Of a DNA stretch of 64,000 nucleotides, positions 25,943 through 39,909 are shown piece after piece. Source of the stretch: Lepidodermella squamata. Lineage: Eukaryota; Animalia; Gastrotricha. Below the pieces are notes generated by a model, which was not told the DNA's origin, made no database searches, and saw nothing but the letters and a program-made list of their open reading frames with translations. Position 1 is the stretch's first letter, and every line of letters begins with the position of its first letter. The stretch covers positions 4,216,001 through 4,280,000 of the forward strand of contig JBLDXI010000009.1 of NCBI GenBank assembly GCA_047495785.1, in the 5' to 3' direction. A program made the translations under genes and the position numbers.

Positions 25943-28734
25943 TCATACTGTCGGCAATTCACTTTCAGGTGCAGGCTTTTGTTTACTGAACTGATCCAAG
26001 CCCAGTTTCATCTTCCTTTCGACAGCCAGAATAGGGTTCGAAGCCAATGTGCGTAGAAGGTGCCATTTGAACCGAATGCATCTGGACTTTCGATCCGCTT
26101 CCATCGCCTCATTATACCTCCTTTGGTATGCCAGATAGGCTGACGTAGCATTACTGGATTCTGTGCCTTGGCTTGAACTTTCATCCTCCGGTTTTAGGAT
26201 AAATACAACTTCCTCGCTCGCCAATGCCCCATTTTTGCCTCCATAACGATCAGTGAAGCAATCCCGCATCAGCCTTTGTTTCAGCTCCTGTTTCTCAGCA
26301 GTTTGTTTACGGATTCTGTCAATCACCATGTTGACAAAGGAGACCAATATTGGATTCAGGTGATTGTTCTCCAAGTGAATTAGCGCTTCATAAGCTTTAA
26401 AACCGGCGTCAAACTTTTTAAATCTTGGAGTTATAGTTGGCATGTCTAATCGAGCGAAAATGATAGCGCCAATGACTACGGCTAGAATGATCCGAAGTAG
26501 AGCACTGACAATGCCAACGAAGAGGCTTTTGAAGAACGACAAATAGGCGTAGCTTGAGTACCATCTAGGATTGTTCACTGAAACTGAGCGCCCACATGGC
26601 TCTGTCGTGAAAACGAAAGCAGCGATGATTTGCTGAAGGATGGCTATTCCTATGGTAACTCCAAGGGCTGGTCTATTATAGAGATGATATGAATAATGTG
26701 AAACAAATGGCAATGTAATTCTTACAAAATCGATAGAATCAATTGGATAATCCACAGACCGTATCCATACTTGAGCGGAATGATGAAAACGAAGCTGACA
26801 ACAAGTCCAATTAGGGTGAACAGGGCCAGCTGAATGACAACAGCCCAAGCAAAAATGATTGATTGGAAACCCATGTATCGAATGGCACCACCTATGACGC
26901 CTCGACCTGAAACTTCGGAAGGAGGAGCAATGACTTCGTAGATGCCCTTCTGAGCTCTCAAACGGTCCTCCCTGGTTGAATTAGATTCCGAAATTAGCAT
27001 AAGTAATTACAATAATTATTTGCTTTAACCTGTAGGATATCAGCATATGTAGAAGTAGAACAACTTGGAGCACAGATACAAGGCATAAAGCAGCTAAATA
27101 GCTGTCTGTAAAGAAAGAAGTTGATCAGGGATCAGAGTTAAGCTTGAACTTACAATAAAAGCTCCAACAATGACTCTCCGCAATAGCTGTGACCCATTTT
27201 ACTGCGATTGGGGGGATGAAACGCGAGATAGTCAAGTTATGCAATATTTCTACCTTTGTTTTCGACAGCTGTTAGGTTTGTAGTATTATATGCCTTGAAA
27301 ATCGACTCCTGAATGGCTGGTATCGAAAACACCACATCGATTTGTGAATTGACAAAAAAGGAGAGCAGTGGAATGACGTAAGTACCGAGAAATGTCAGAA
27401 AATATGCGTTTATAAAAATTAACTGAAAAAGAAAGGTTGATAATATGCTAGTTTTTAGACCATCTTACGTAGTAAACGAATAAGCCAGCAATGACAGCCG
27501 TTGATATGATGATGTGAGAATATCTGAAAACTAAAATTCGGCAATAATTCAGTCGTATTTCAGTTTCATGAAGATCTTACCCGGAACGCTACGATAGCGC
27601 GGAATCTTGTCAAGTATTTTCCATATTCCTGTGAGTTCAACTGGTGGAACAGGCTTCCGAAATAGATTCCTCACGTATTTTGCCTCAGCAGTTGTCAGGA
27701 AAGCAGGGACGGGTTCAATTGGTTCATACTTTGACCCCAAATAGCCTAGCCAGACTTTACGGATTCCGATGATCATTCGTATTGGAAGTGCAAATGATAG
27801 AAAGATCATCGAAATGAAAGGAATTGCGTATCTGAAAGTTGTTAATGCGAGCTGGGTGTCCTAGATTGCTTTTAAGGGTGAATCACTGGGATATATGAGC
27901 AAAATCACTTACATGCTGAAGTTTGCTATCGCCCCCATCTGCAACTTCAGCTATTTCTCTGATGATATCCCTTACCCTGATACCAACTATCGGCCAAGTC
28001 CAAGCTGTGGCAATCATGTAACCCAGAACCGAATCAGCCGCCATTCCGGCGATGATAGGGAAGTACAACACTGCGAAAATCAGCACATTAAGCAGGACGA
28101 ATATCGGTTTCACCCAACGATCAACGCAAGCTGTGCCAATGAATAATTCAGTTGGATTAGTTACAACTTGAATGCCTTCGTAGGTAACCATGGCCCAGAA
28201 AGCGGCGTAGAAGAACCGCATTCGACAAGGCTCGAGGATAGGGTACGGCTTCAGCACACCAGGCCTTCCGTCTGAAACGGATCGACACAGGTTCATACGT
28301 TGCTGGAGCCAAGTAAGCATCAGTACAAACGCAGTCGCCCCGATGAGTAAAACTATCGATGGGAGAGAGTGTTCCGTGAATTGCAGCTGGTTTTTCGCAC
28401 AACTCGCTGCCAGCAGAATCGCTTCTGCAGTTTCATTTTTGGGCGGATTATCACTACTGCTGGAGCTGTTGCTGAATGAAGCGATGATTTGCGTAATAAT
28501 GTCAACTCCAACTTCACAAATGACTTGCAACCCGCTCGTTTCGTTCTGGGGAGTCATTTCTGCGAGATCTTCGAACGACATCGTGGAGTAATCCGAAGAA
28601 TCACCGGTTGTAGTCTCGGTTAAATCGCCCGAGCCAGAAAAGTGAGTGGCCTCTTCGGTTGATAAAGGCAATAGTGTGTCGCTATCTAAGCCCAATGTAT
28701 AATTGCCCATCGTGAGAACTGACTTAATCATCAT
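25943..28734 (-). CDS. STRA6-like: STRA6-like receptor, copy 3
   Basis: DGRPGVLKPYPILEPCR; FDAGFKAYEALIHLENNHLNP; RFKWHLLRTLASNPILAVERK. The start may be 28734 or 28710. Confidence 0.85.
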
Positions 28735-29011
28735 TCATCTTTCAGCATAGCTTCGTTATTGTATAGCGATGTAAGGAAATAGGGCGCTAACCATGCAAGT
28801 ATTGTCAGCCATATGTTTATTCATGCAAAAAAGATAAATGCACTCTCTATCATAAAGAACGCTGCGCGTTTGTGTTTGCATAAGGAAATTACGAACTTCG
28901 GCGCGGGGTAAATGCCGATTCTATAGAGACGTTTTTCCCGTAGTCACTTCACAAAGCATAAAACTGGTTTCCTGGGTGTTCAATTTGATTTATTCTTGCA
29001 AAGTAAGTTTC

Positions 29012-30314
29012 TCATAACCGAGCAGTTTTAGTCGGAGCCATTTCAACATCAATGGACCTTTCATTGCGCATATAGTCATCCCTCTCAAGGGCTGGGTTAT
29101 CATGCTGGTATTTCGCGCCAGCATCGATCAATCTCGGATTTTCCTTCTTCCGTCTAACAAGCAGCAATGGCTCATCTTCCTCCTCAGATGAATCCTTAGC
29201 CATGAGAGATGCACAGGCAAACATTGACATCAACTAAATCGAGGTGAATGGTTGATTAAATGAAATCCTTTCAGTAAGTCTTACCTCTCCAGCTGCGACA
29301 GCCATTAAAATCAGGCCACATCTTGTTATCGGATCAATATCAATATAGCGATAGACATCGGCCCAGCATCTGCCAATGAGAGTTGGCTGTTTGGTCTCAA
29401 TCGATCCTTCAATAAGAGGCGGAATGACTCCATCCAGAGTTTCGTTCAGACTATATGCCATGTCATCGCCGATCTCAGCCTTAAGAGACACGAAAACATT
29501 TAAAAATCCAACGAGGGTCTGATTATTACTTGAAAATCAGCCTGGAGAATCGCAGCCATCACGAGAGGGATCAGACAACAGAAGAAAATCATTTGTGCAG
29601 AAGTTCCAGCGAAAGATATCGTTCTTGCTATTTTCATCGAATTCGGGGTTTTTACGGCAGTCTCGGCCAGTTTTCTCGGAATGCCAGCCGCGCCCTCTGG
29701 TGAAGTAGACTTCCGAACCAGAATATAAAGAGGCAATGTTATGACAGTCAGGAATGAAGAAATCAGCATCATAGCAAAAATTGCGTTGAGTATTTTCCAG
29801 AAATGTTGCCGGTCCTCGCGAAAGTCTTCAAAGGGCACAACGCCCATGTAAAGCGTAGTGTGGCTGAATTTCTTCCCCCACCAGTTGTAGTCGGTGTACT
29901 CGAATGATCTGTTATTAATAGGGCCCTCAGACATGATAGGGACCACCATCGTGCAATCCATCTTGCTGTTCAACCGAGCGAGAAGGGCACATGCGAACTA
30001 TTTCCAACAGAATCTCAAAAAATGGCGAATTTAAAGGAACCTCCTACCGCGATCAGTGTCAAATTGCATAGCAGGTGAATGACGAATAGTATCAGAGTAG
30101 AATGCTTGTTGGTCTGTTTGGAGATGGAATATTTTGAGCAATGAAACGAATAACCGGCAAACCGGTAGCACAGAATTGAACTCACGAAGTTTTGAAGAGG
30201 GAGAACTGCTTTCGCGTGAATTTTATCTAGAATTTTTTCTAGAGCTGAAGGCTTCTTCTCCTCCTTACTTGCATCGCCCGGCTTCTTCTCCTTTTCTTGC
30301 TTGCCATCAGCCAT
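29012..30314 (-). CDS. Uncharacterised four-transmembrane protein (4 exons)
   Basis: Charged N-terminus MADGKQEKEKK; four hydrophobic segments (LILFVIHLLCNLTLIAV..FACALL; ILNAIFAMMLISSFLTVITLPLYILV; AQMIFFCCLIPLVMAAIL; CGLILMAVAAGELMSMFACASLM); tail with an acidic dileucine EEDEPLL. Confidence 0.7.
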
Positions 30315-30764
30315 TTTATCGTATCGTAAAATCAGTGCCACTTAACTTATAAAGATATAGCGACCCTTATTGAAAAACAGATATCGCCGGGCTGGACAAG
30401 TTTAACCAAGGGCGTACTAGCAAGGCAGTAAAAAGCGGGCTGCACCTAAGAAAGAATTTAATACTGCTGCATGAGATCTTGGTAATAATGTGTGCTGACT
30501 CTCGGCTGCACGTATTTTAGTTCCAAGCACATTTCGCATACCAATGCATACTATGACACATTTATGTTTGTGATCATGCGCTTCAGTGCATTTTCTGCTC
30601 ACGTAATGTGTGAAGGTAATTTATAAAAAATGCTTAACTAAGGAATTTGAAAATTGTGGGTTGAAGATTTTATTGTGCCATTTGATATAGTTTTAACAGG
30701 AATTCTTGGATATTAGTCCGCAATCTCATCGCATTTTTCAGTAGTGTTCTCTTATCCAGCAGGA

Positions 30765-33648
30765 TTACGCATTTGAAAGCTTGTCTCCTTGATTAGCCGG
30801 TTTCGCAAATTGGTCAATGCCAAGTTTCATCTTCCTCTCAACAGCCAGCATCGGATTTAGCGCCAGAGTTCTCAGCAGTTGCCACTTGAAGCGTTTGCAT
30901 CGCCTCAATCTTTCCATTTCGATTATAGAATTAAACTCCTCTTCAACAGTAAGTTTTTCCTCCAGTCGAACGCTTACGCTTGAAATCGGCCTGATTGGAA
31001 GGGAAGAAGAAGAGGCGGCTTGCTCCTGAGCTCGTCTTCTCTTGATTCTTTCCAGTAACTCCTCGCGTTCCTTCTTAATCTCACCCACGCGGTCGAGAAT
31101 CATGTAGGCGAATGTTACCATGAAAGGGTTCAAATGAGCGTTTTCGAAATGGATGAAGGTCTCATACGTTTTGAAGCCTGCATCAAACCGGATGAAGAAT
31201 GGAGTCAGGGTAGGCATGTCAAGTCGAGAGAAAACAATAGCTCCGAAGACGACTGATAAGACCAGGCGTAAAACAGCACTCATGATTCCAACGAAAAGGT
31301 TTTTGAAGAAGCAAATGTATGCGTAGATTGAGTAGCCACGCGGGTTGTTGACCATTATTACACGGCCGCAAGGTATTGCTGTAAACAGGAAGGCAGACAT
31401 CAGTTGCATTATGATCCCGAGCCCCGTAGTAACGGCTATAGCTGGCCTGTCAGAAATTAGTTAGAAAACGAGTAAAATAAAGCTCAGTGACTTACAGAAG
31501 AGCTAGAAGATAGCGTATGATAAAGTCGCCGTAGCCGTAAACAAGAGGAATGACGAAAACGCATCCGATAATAAGACCAATCAAAGTGAAAACCACGATT
31601 TGGATTACAAATCCTGAATAGATTTTAATATCAACCCAATGCGGAAAATCGGGTCTAACTCACCCCAAGCGAACATGACACTCTGGAAGCCCATGTACCG
31701 TACGACACCGCCGATAACGCCTCGGCCGGAAAACATGTTCGGAGGTCGTAAAACTTCATATTTCCCACGCATAGCCCTGAGCCGGTCATTTCTAACATAA
31801 TTTAGCGTTTTAGTTACCCAATAATTCTTCAATTTTTAAAATTACTTGTATGCTGCAAAAAGTGTGACAAGCAGAATGGTTTGGATAATCCCGACAATTA
31901 CAAGAGCAGCAAGGTTGCTATCTGAAAAATTATTCAAAAGTTACTCAACATACAGTTGAGAAGCAGCCTTACATTGTAAGCAATCGACATGGGCGTAAGC
32001 GATGTCGATGATCCACTTGGTTTTGTCTCGAACGAGACGCTCCGTAACATTCAATTTCGAAGAATTGGTTGCTTGAACTAGAGTTCTCCGAATGATTTTA
32101 GTGAAAAGCGGGGTCTCAAGTATTGGCTTGATCAATTTGTCAACAACCATGTTAAGAAGAGGAAACAGGTCTTCTTTCAGCATTAATAGAATATTTATAT
32201 TCGTGAATAAGATCTGGGTTGAATTGGAAGCTGAATCAAAAGGAACGGCAAACTTATCAGTCTCAACTTACGTAGTAGGCAAATACAAAGCTGACGGCCA
32301 CGGTAGACAGGAATATTGTCGAATATCGAAAAACTGAATAGGAATCACTCTGAAGGTGTATATATACACGCTAAAATGCTTACATAATGTGTTTTCGTAA
32401 AATTTGAATTTTAGCAGAAACTTTTTGATGCCTTTCACTTCTTTAGGAGGAGGCGGTTTCTTCAAAATGTTCGCAACATATCTTGCCTCAGCTGAGTCGA
32501 GATACTTGCGTGGTTTGTTCAGCTGAGAGTACTGAGAAACACAGTTTTCCTTATTCAATCAAACAGCAATTACAAAACATACCCCAGATCTAACATGATT
32601 GTTGTAGTACTTGAACAATCCTATAATCAGCTTGATTGGTAGTGCGAAGCATAAGTAAAGCATACATATGCATGGGATAGCAACAGTGAAGACTTGCAGG
32701 GTAATTTCAGTTTCCTTTAGCAGCGAAAATATTGCTACAAAATGTATGTAATGACTGTAACATTACTATACCGGCGTTAGGCTCCCGCCATTGTGTTCAA
32801 GACTTCCTACAATTTGATCCGCTCGTCTGACAGTGAGACCCCAAATCCAGGCTGTGGCTACGGCATAGCCAAGCAAAGAATCCATAGCCATTCCAGCAAT
32901 CACAGGGAAGTATAATATAGCGAAAATGAGGACATTAACTAGAACCATCATAGGCTTCTCCCAACGGTTGAAGCAAATCAAGCTAGAGATTAAAAATCAT
33001 TTATTAAACTTGTGATATCAACTTTTAAAAGCTTATACCTAATGAACAAATTTTTCCGGTTGAAAATAATTTGAATTCCATCGTATGCGACCATACCCCA
33101 GAAGAAGACATAGGAAAGTCGAGCTCTTCCCGGGTTAATTATGGGAAATGGCCTGAGTAACCCTGGCCGACCTCCAGAGCAGTTTCGGAACATGTTCAGC
33201 CTCTTTTGCAGGAAAAACATGAGAACGATAACAGAAGCAGCAGAAATCAGCAGGATCACAGAAGGCAGCGAATGTTCGGTAAATTGAAGGCGGTTTTCAG
33301 CGCATGATTTCAACATCTCTTTTTCTTCATAGGCAGCTTCCTCCTCATCTTGTTGCTCCTCGGGAGACGTGCTGTTGTTATCCAAACCCTCGAGAAAATC
33401 CGACAAAGTTGACATGACAATGTTAAACATTTCGGACAGGTCTCCGGGATCGAGAACGCTATCGGATGGCTCTTCTGAAGCTGGTTCATTGATTGGGGCA
33501 GCCTTAATTATATACAGGTAATATAGGGTGTTATCTTATCAACGAAGTTTCTCACGGTCGTTGGTAAATCAAGCCCTTCATAATCTGTTGAATTTACGAC
33601 AGTCGAATTGACAAATGAAGTTGAATTTAAATGTTGAAGTCCAGCCAT
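30765..33648 (-). CDS. STRA6-like: STRA6-like receptor, copy 4
   Basis: Start MAGLQHLNST (33648); GGRPGLLRPFP; FDAGFKTYETFIHFENAHLNP; RFKWQLLRTLALNPMLAVERK. Confidence 0.85.
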
Positions 33649-34150
33649 ATCACCTAGTTTTATGTATTTGATAAATAAAAGCTATAAAAATGATAAGCCC
33701 ATGACGCATCGGTTCGTAGGAGGTAGAGGAGAGATCAAAAGCATTAAATAGATTGTAATTCAATGCCTGCTTTTTCACGTATAGTGCAAGATCGATAAAA
33801 GCTGCGCAATTTCTTTTCATCGTGAGCTTGCGTGCCAGTTTTTTGCCCTGTGCTAATGCCGCCATAGCTACACAGCCGTACTCAAAATCGCAGGGTTTAA
33901 CCGCCTCAAAGATACGGAAAATGGATAGCAAAAAATTATATCGCAACTTGCTCGCCATAACAGTGTGCCGGAAATAGAAACAAATAGCGAAATGCATTTG
34001 AAAAACTGGCATTCAACCTTTTTCTAGCGATCAGGCACGCGGCTGGCTTGGAGAAGATGCAAAAGTTACTTTCACGTCATTTGTTTCTATTTCAGGCACG
34101 CTGTTATTCCGGTGCACAGGTCGCGATATGCAGTTTATTTGACCGAAAAA

Positions 34151-36796
34151 TTAAGCATCTGATTGATTAGCAGCATTTTGCATTCTCTCCATTGCTATAC
34201 TTTTCATTTTACGTTCAACTGCTATCATAGGATTCATGACAAGTGTTTTGCACAGGGCCCATTTGAAAGAAATAGCCCGGTTTCTTCGTTTTTTCCGCTC
34301 TCCATCGTCACTAGCGACTGTTAAGAGAATTGACGAATCATTGGGACCAGGATCCGGTCCAATTCGATTTCCTCCCCCTATCGACTGTCTTGTTTGACGA
34401 ATCGCTGCCTGTAGCCGCGTTGTTCGCGCCGCTTCCAGCAGAATATTCACCATTGTTATCACAACAGGGTTGAGATGAGCATTTTCCAAATGAATCAACG
34501 ATTTGTAAACATTGTAACCGCTATCGAGAAAAATGAACTTTGGAGTAACTGTAGGCATATCCAGTCTTGAGAAAACTATTGCTCCAGTTATCAAGGAAAT
34601 GACCAATCTCAGTAAAGCGCCGATAATGCCGACGAAAATGTTTTTGAAGAAGGAGATGTAGATAAAGTTTGAGTAGGCCTTTGGATTTTTGATTGCCAAA
34701 GCCTTGTCTCGAACAAAGAAGAATGCAACGACTAGCATTTGAAAAATTGCCAGAGCAATCGTGACGGCCAATACTGGGCTGTTGTTGAAAATTGTTTGAA
34801 TGAAATTATCAATCAAATGAACAAAACTTACAGTAGAACGAGGACTTTCTCTATAATCCAGCCGCCGAATCCATAATGTAAGGGAATGATGACAACGTAA
34901 GCAACCAATAAGGCGATCAGAGTGAAGACAATGATTTGGATGAAACCTCCCCATACAAACATGACAGACTAAATACAAAATTCAATAAATGAAAATTGGA
35001 GGTCTAAGGACTTACTTGATATCCAACGTAACGAATGGCTCCGCCAATAACGCCCCGTGGAGCTGCATTCTTTCTCCCACCAGGTTCAGGAAAAGCTCCC
35101 CGATAAGCCTTAATCATGTCGCTTCTATAAGTAGGCAACAAATTTCCGACGAGGAAAAACTGAAGAAATGCAACCAGAATTATTGCAACAACATTCGAGT
35201 CTGTGAAATTGAAGAATTAGAAGAAATAAGGTAGCTAGAGCTCAAACTCACAGTAAAGACCCCAGAGGTAGGTCTTCCCTATTTTCAACCAGTACTTGTA
35301 CCGCTTTCGAAAGACGTGGAGGAACGAGAGTTTTTTCGAGCCGAGTAGCTTTGAAATGTCCTCTGCCGTTTCCATGTTACCGAAAACGGTATCTGCTATT
35401 TTCTCCAAGAGGGCCATAATCAAATCACCCATTTGCGCAGTTGTTACCAACGCAAAGACGTCCAGCAATATAACCTGAAGGTTTAGTTAACTTCAAATTG
35501 TTTCAAATTCACTGAATAATCAAACTCACGTAATAGAGGAAAACCATGCTTATCGCCACAGTTGAGGTCAGAGTTTGGGAGTATCGGAAATCTTAAGGAG
35601 AACATGAGATCAGAGCCTGAGAAGCTTTCAGTAACTTACAAGGGACATTCTGATAAAACTTCGCGATTATTGCTTTGAAGCCTTTCGATTTTGCCGTTGG
35701 ATTCGGTTTCGAAAATAGCTGTGTTACGTAGCGTCCTTCAGCTGTTTGCTTATAGTATGGATCTTTATTGAGGATATCGTACTAAATTCATACGCATGAG
35801 TTCATGAAGTATGCATCGCAAATAACTTACCAGAGATTTTTCGCTGAAATAACTTGTTCTCAGACCTTTAAAGAGCCGATAAGGCATGCTTATGGATAGG
35901 AACAGCATGAAGAGAAAGGGAGGGCCCCACGTTAGCACTGCTAGGACATTTTGAGACTGGAGACTAGTCAAATGACTTTCTTCTTTGGCGTAATCATCGA
36001 TATTCGCAATAATCTCTTCAGCATTGTCATAAAGCCTCAGAATAGTAAGAGTCCAAACCCACGTCGTAGCTATCAGATAACCTAAAGGAGTATCAGTTGA
36101 AAGTCCGCCAATCACTGGGTAGTAGGTAACTGCGTATATATGAATATTGACCAGGAGAATGATTGGCTTAGCCCAGTTGTTTTGCGTGCATTTGAGGCTG
36201 ATAATCATTGATGATGGGTCCAGAATGAATTGAATGCAGTCGTAGGCTATCATTGCCCAGAAAGCTGCGTAGACGAGACGAGCCCTGCAAGGTTCGACAA
36301 CTGGAAAGGGCCGAATAATAGCAGGCCTGGAGTCGTAGATACTAGACTTCAAGACGCCATATCGCCTCTTTTGAGTTACAGTAAGGATGAGCATGATAAA
36401 TACTGCGACTATTGTTAGCAGAATGTAGGGTAGGGAATTTTCGCTGAAGACGTTGTGCTCCTTACAGTACTTCTTAACAGCAGCAGTTTTATTGGCATCG
36501 CTGGACGATGAGAAGTCCGTCAACGAGAAACCCTCGTCTGATGGGTCTTCCTCAGCAGCTTCGGCCTCCAGGTCTCCGAGTGATATTCTAGACTGATCTG
36601 ATGATGATGATGATGATGAATCCTCGCTGGTAAATGTTGTGATCAGATTGGTGATCATCTGCGCTCCGGCTGAGCAGAATATTTGTACCGGCACAAAACT
36701 GGGTATTGAGTTAGAGTCTTCGACCATTTCGGACGCCTGGGATGAAGGAGTTTCTTCAGAAGTTTCGTTAGCGTAACTTTCTGCTAAATCAGCCAT
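34151..36796 (-). CDS. STRA6-like: STRA6-like receptor, copy 5
   Basis: SRPAIIRPFPVVEPCR; LDSGYNVYKSLIHLENAHLNP; SFKWALCKTLVMNPMIAVERK. Confidence 0.85.
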
Positions 36797-37255
36797 GTTA
36801 GATGCACTAAAGCATGGAAAATATTGTGAAAAATGAGGTGCTTCTGAGCAAATAAAAATCCTGACATTGAGAGTATATATCTATCGATTTGTTTTGCTCA
36901 CGGCTTGGATTACGCGATCAATTACTGCACACGTGTTGATGGCAGGAGGAAGAACAGTGTCTTTAAAGCTTTAGTAGCTAATATTAGAGATGCAACGGGA
37001 ATTTGAGCCGCTATTTCTGTAGTTGCGTTCAAATCTCCTTGGAAATAACTAGCATTTTTCAGACCTTCTTTAATTATTGATAAAGCTTACTATGCCCTTA
37101 GTTTTTTATCAGACAGTGGCAACGTATTCATTGATTTTTATGACTTTATCATGCAAAAAACACATCCATTAAAACAAAAATCGATAGTTGACAGCACTAA
37201 TACAGTGATGGTTGACATTGAATGCAATAACCAGGTAATCAGGCTACTAACTTTG

Positions 37256-39768
37256 TCACTTTTCATTTTCGACGTTCTCTTCCTCCTCCCTCGATGCCTC
37301 TAGAACAGCTTTACGCTGTAAAGCGAGTATTGGATTCATAGCCAGAGTTTTGCAGAGTTGCCATTTGAAGCTAATACGCTTCTTCGTAGCAGAAGGTTCG
37401 GAAAATTTCTCCATGTCGATCGCTGAGTCGTCTCCAGCAGAATTTATGCTTGTAACAAGCAGATCTTCCTGATCAGGGACTTTCAGCTTCGATTCTGGGT
37501 GTATTTTATTTGACCGAGCTGAGCCTCCCCGCGAAAGGTTGAGCTTAGGTATTTTCGACGGATAAACAGACCTTCTGGATTCAACAAGCAGAATATTGGC
37601 GAAAGTCAGCATTGTCGGGTTCAAATGAGCATTTTCAACGTGAATCAGTGCTTCGTAAGCTTTGAAGCCAGCGTCCAAAAATTTGAATCTCGGAGTCATG
37701 AGTGGCATGTCGAGGCGTGAATAGGCCATAGCTCCAGTAATTACGGAGAATAAAATTCGAATCAAAGCCCCGACCAGCCCAACGAAAAGGTTGCGGTAGA
37801 AGGAGATGTAGGCGCAATTTGAGTAGCCCCGTGGATTCTTTACTGCTAGAACTTTGCCACAGGGTTCGGCTGTGAAGCAAAAGGTGATCACCAGGATTTG
37901 AACAATAGTCAGGCCTATGGTTATTCCGATTGCGGGTCTGATAATTGATAATCAGGATTTAAGCGCTTAAACCTTTTTGAGAGAAAAAGACTTACAAAAT
38001 CACGAAAATTCTATTGATAATCCATTGTCCGAATCCATAGTGCACCGGGAGAATGACCACATATGTGACAACAATGGCTATCATAGTAACCACTGCGAGC
38101 TGAATGATGCATCCCCAGGCGAAGATTACAGACTATGATAAAGCATTATCGTTATCGACTAAAATTGAAGAAATATTGAATGGGAAAATCTTACCTGGTA
38201 TCCCATGTAGCGAACAGCCCCGCCAATCAACCCTCGTGCAGACGATTCGCTCGGCGGCGCTAAGACTCTGTAAGTTCCCTTGTAGGCTCGAAGCATGTCG
38301 TCTCGATATGCCGGCAGAAGTGTGATCAAAAGGTAAAATTGGATTAATGTCACAAGGATCAAGGCAAAGACATTGCAATCTATACAATGCTGATTATTTT
38401 CCAAATAGGTTTCATCCTATCTCCACTTACATAAACCGCCCCAGATGTAGTGCTTTGCAATAGTGATGATCCTATCAGTTTTGTTTTGAAGACCGTCAAG
38501 AAATCTAGCACGGTCATCGTGTAAAGCATCAGCGTATTCCTTAGCTGTCTCCGTCGAATCGAAAAATTGCTGTAAAATAACCTCGACTAATTGGCTGAAT
38601 GTCGGCACGTAATACGTGAAAGCTTCCACCAAATAGTAACAGTTCAAGTATAGGACAAAATAAATCAGTACACTGCTGACTGCTAACGTCGATAAGATTG
38701 TGTGGGAGTATCTAAAATCTACAAAATACGCAAAAATTAGGAATCAATTTGCTGTTTTAAAGCTTACAGGCCCTGTTGTTATAGATATTTTTGCATCCTT
38801 TGACTTCAATGTCTTCCCTTTTGAAAAGTTCCACAACGTATAGTCCTTCCGGAGTTAAAGTGTATGGAGGTCGATCGACGGAAATGTCAAACTAAAATAA
38901 AAAAGTATTATTAAATTAGTATAAGCTGCATCAATTTTACCATGCTTTTTTCTTTTAAGCAGTTCCTGCAGAATCCTCGCAGAAATCGAAAAGGCAACGC
39001 CAAGCACAAGTAGAGAAGAAAAAGGAACGGAGGAGCTCTCGACATGAAAGATAGAACAGCCTCGGCCCTCCCATTTAACGGGTCCCCATCCTCAGCATTC
39101 ATGATCGCAGACTTGATTTCTAACGCATTATCATAACCTCGAATGAATGTAATGGTCCATATCCAAGCAGTGGCGATCAAGTAACCGATTGGAGTCTCAG
39201 TAGACATACCGCCAATTATTGGGAAATACATCACCGAGTAAATCTGCACGTTTGCCAACACAATGAGGGGTTTTGCCCATGGAATATCTTCACATTGCAA
39301 GCTGATGATAAGATCTTTAGGCTCCGTCATAATTTGAATCCCGTCGTAAGCAACCATCGCCCAGAAAGCAGCATAGGAGAACCGAGATCGGCAGGGCTCT
39401 ATTAAGGGAAATGGGCGGAGCATAGCTGGCCTCCAGTTATAGGGATGTTTGGCTCGTCTCCTTTGTGTACACGTCAGGGCGATCATTGCAATAGCTGATG
39501 CCATCATCAGGATTATGTAAGGAAGCGACTCATTGCTGTATAGAGCTTTCGTACTGCTGCATTCCTTGTTTTTCGTCGCGTTCGATGGTGTTTTTGGCTC
39601 GTCATCATCAAAATATGAGTCATATGTAATTGTTGATGGGGAATTGTTATCAGCGAGGGTTTCAGCTAAATCTCCGCCATTGGACAGATATTGCTGGATC
39701 TCAACGTAGAGATTAGCCAACGCTCGCGAGTAGATCTCAATCGGAACACGACTATCAATGGCTACCAT
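37256..39768 (-). CDS. STRA6-like: STRA6-like receptor, copy 6
   Basis: Start MVAIDSR; WRPAMLRPFPLIEPCR; LDAGFKAYEALIHVENAHLNP; SFKWQLCKTLAMNPILALQRK. Confidence 0.85.
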
Positions 39769-39909
39769 AATGTCAAATCCAACAAAATGCGAGAATGCGA
39801 ACCCAATTATGAGGACGGTATGTCTATTTTTCACTAACGGCGTGTTTTGTTGCTACGGTGGAATATTTATCGATTTACATTAATTTATTCATAAACATTC
39901 GAGTCATTC

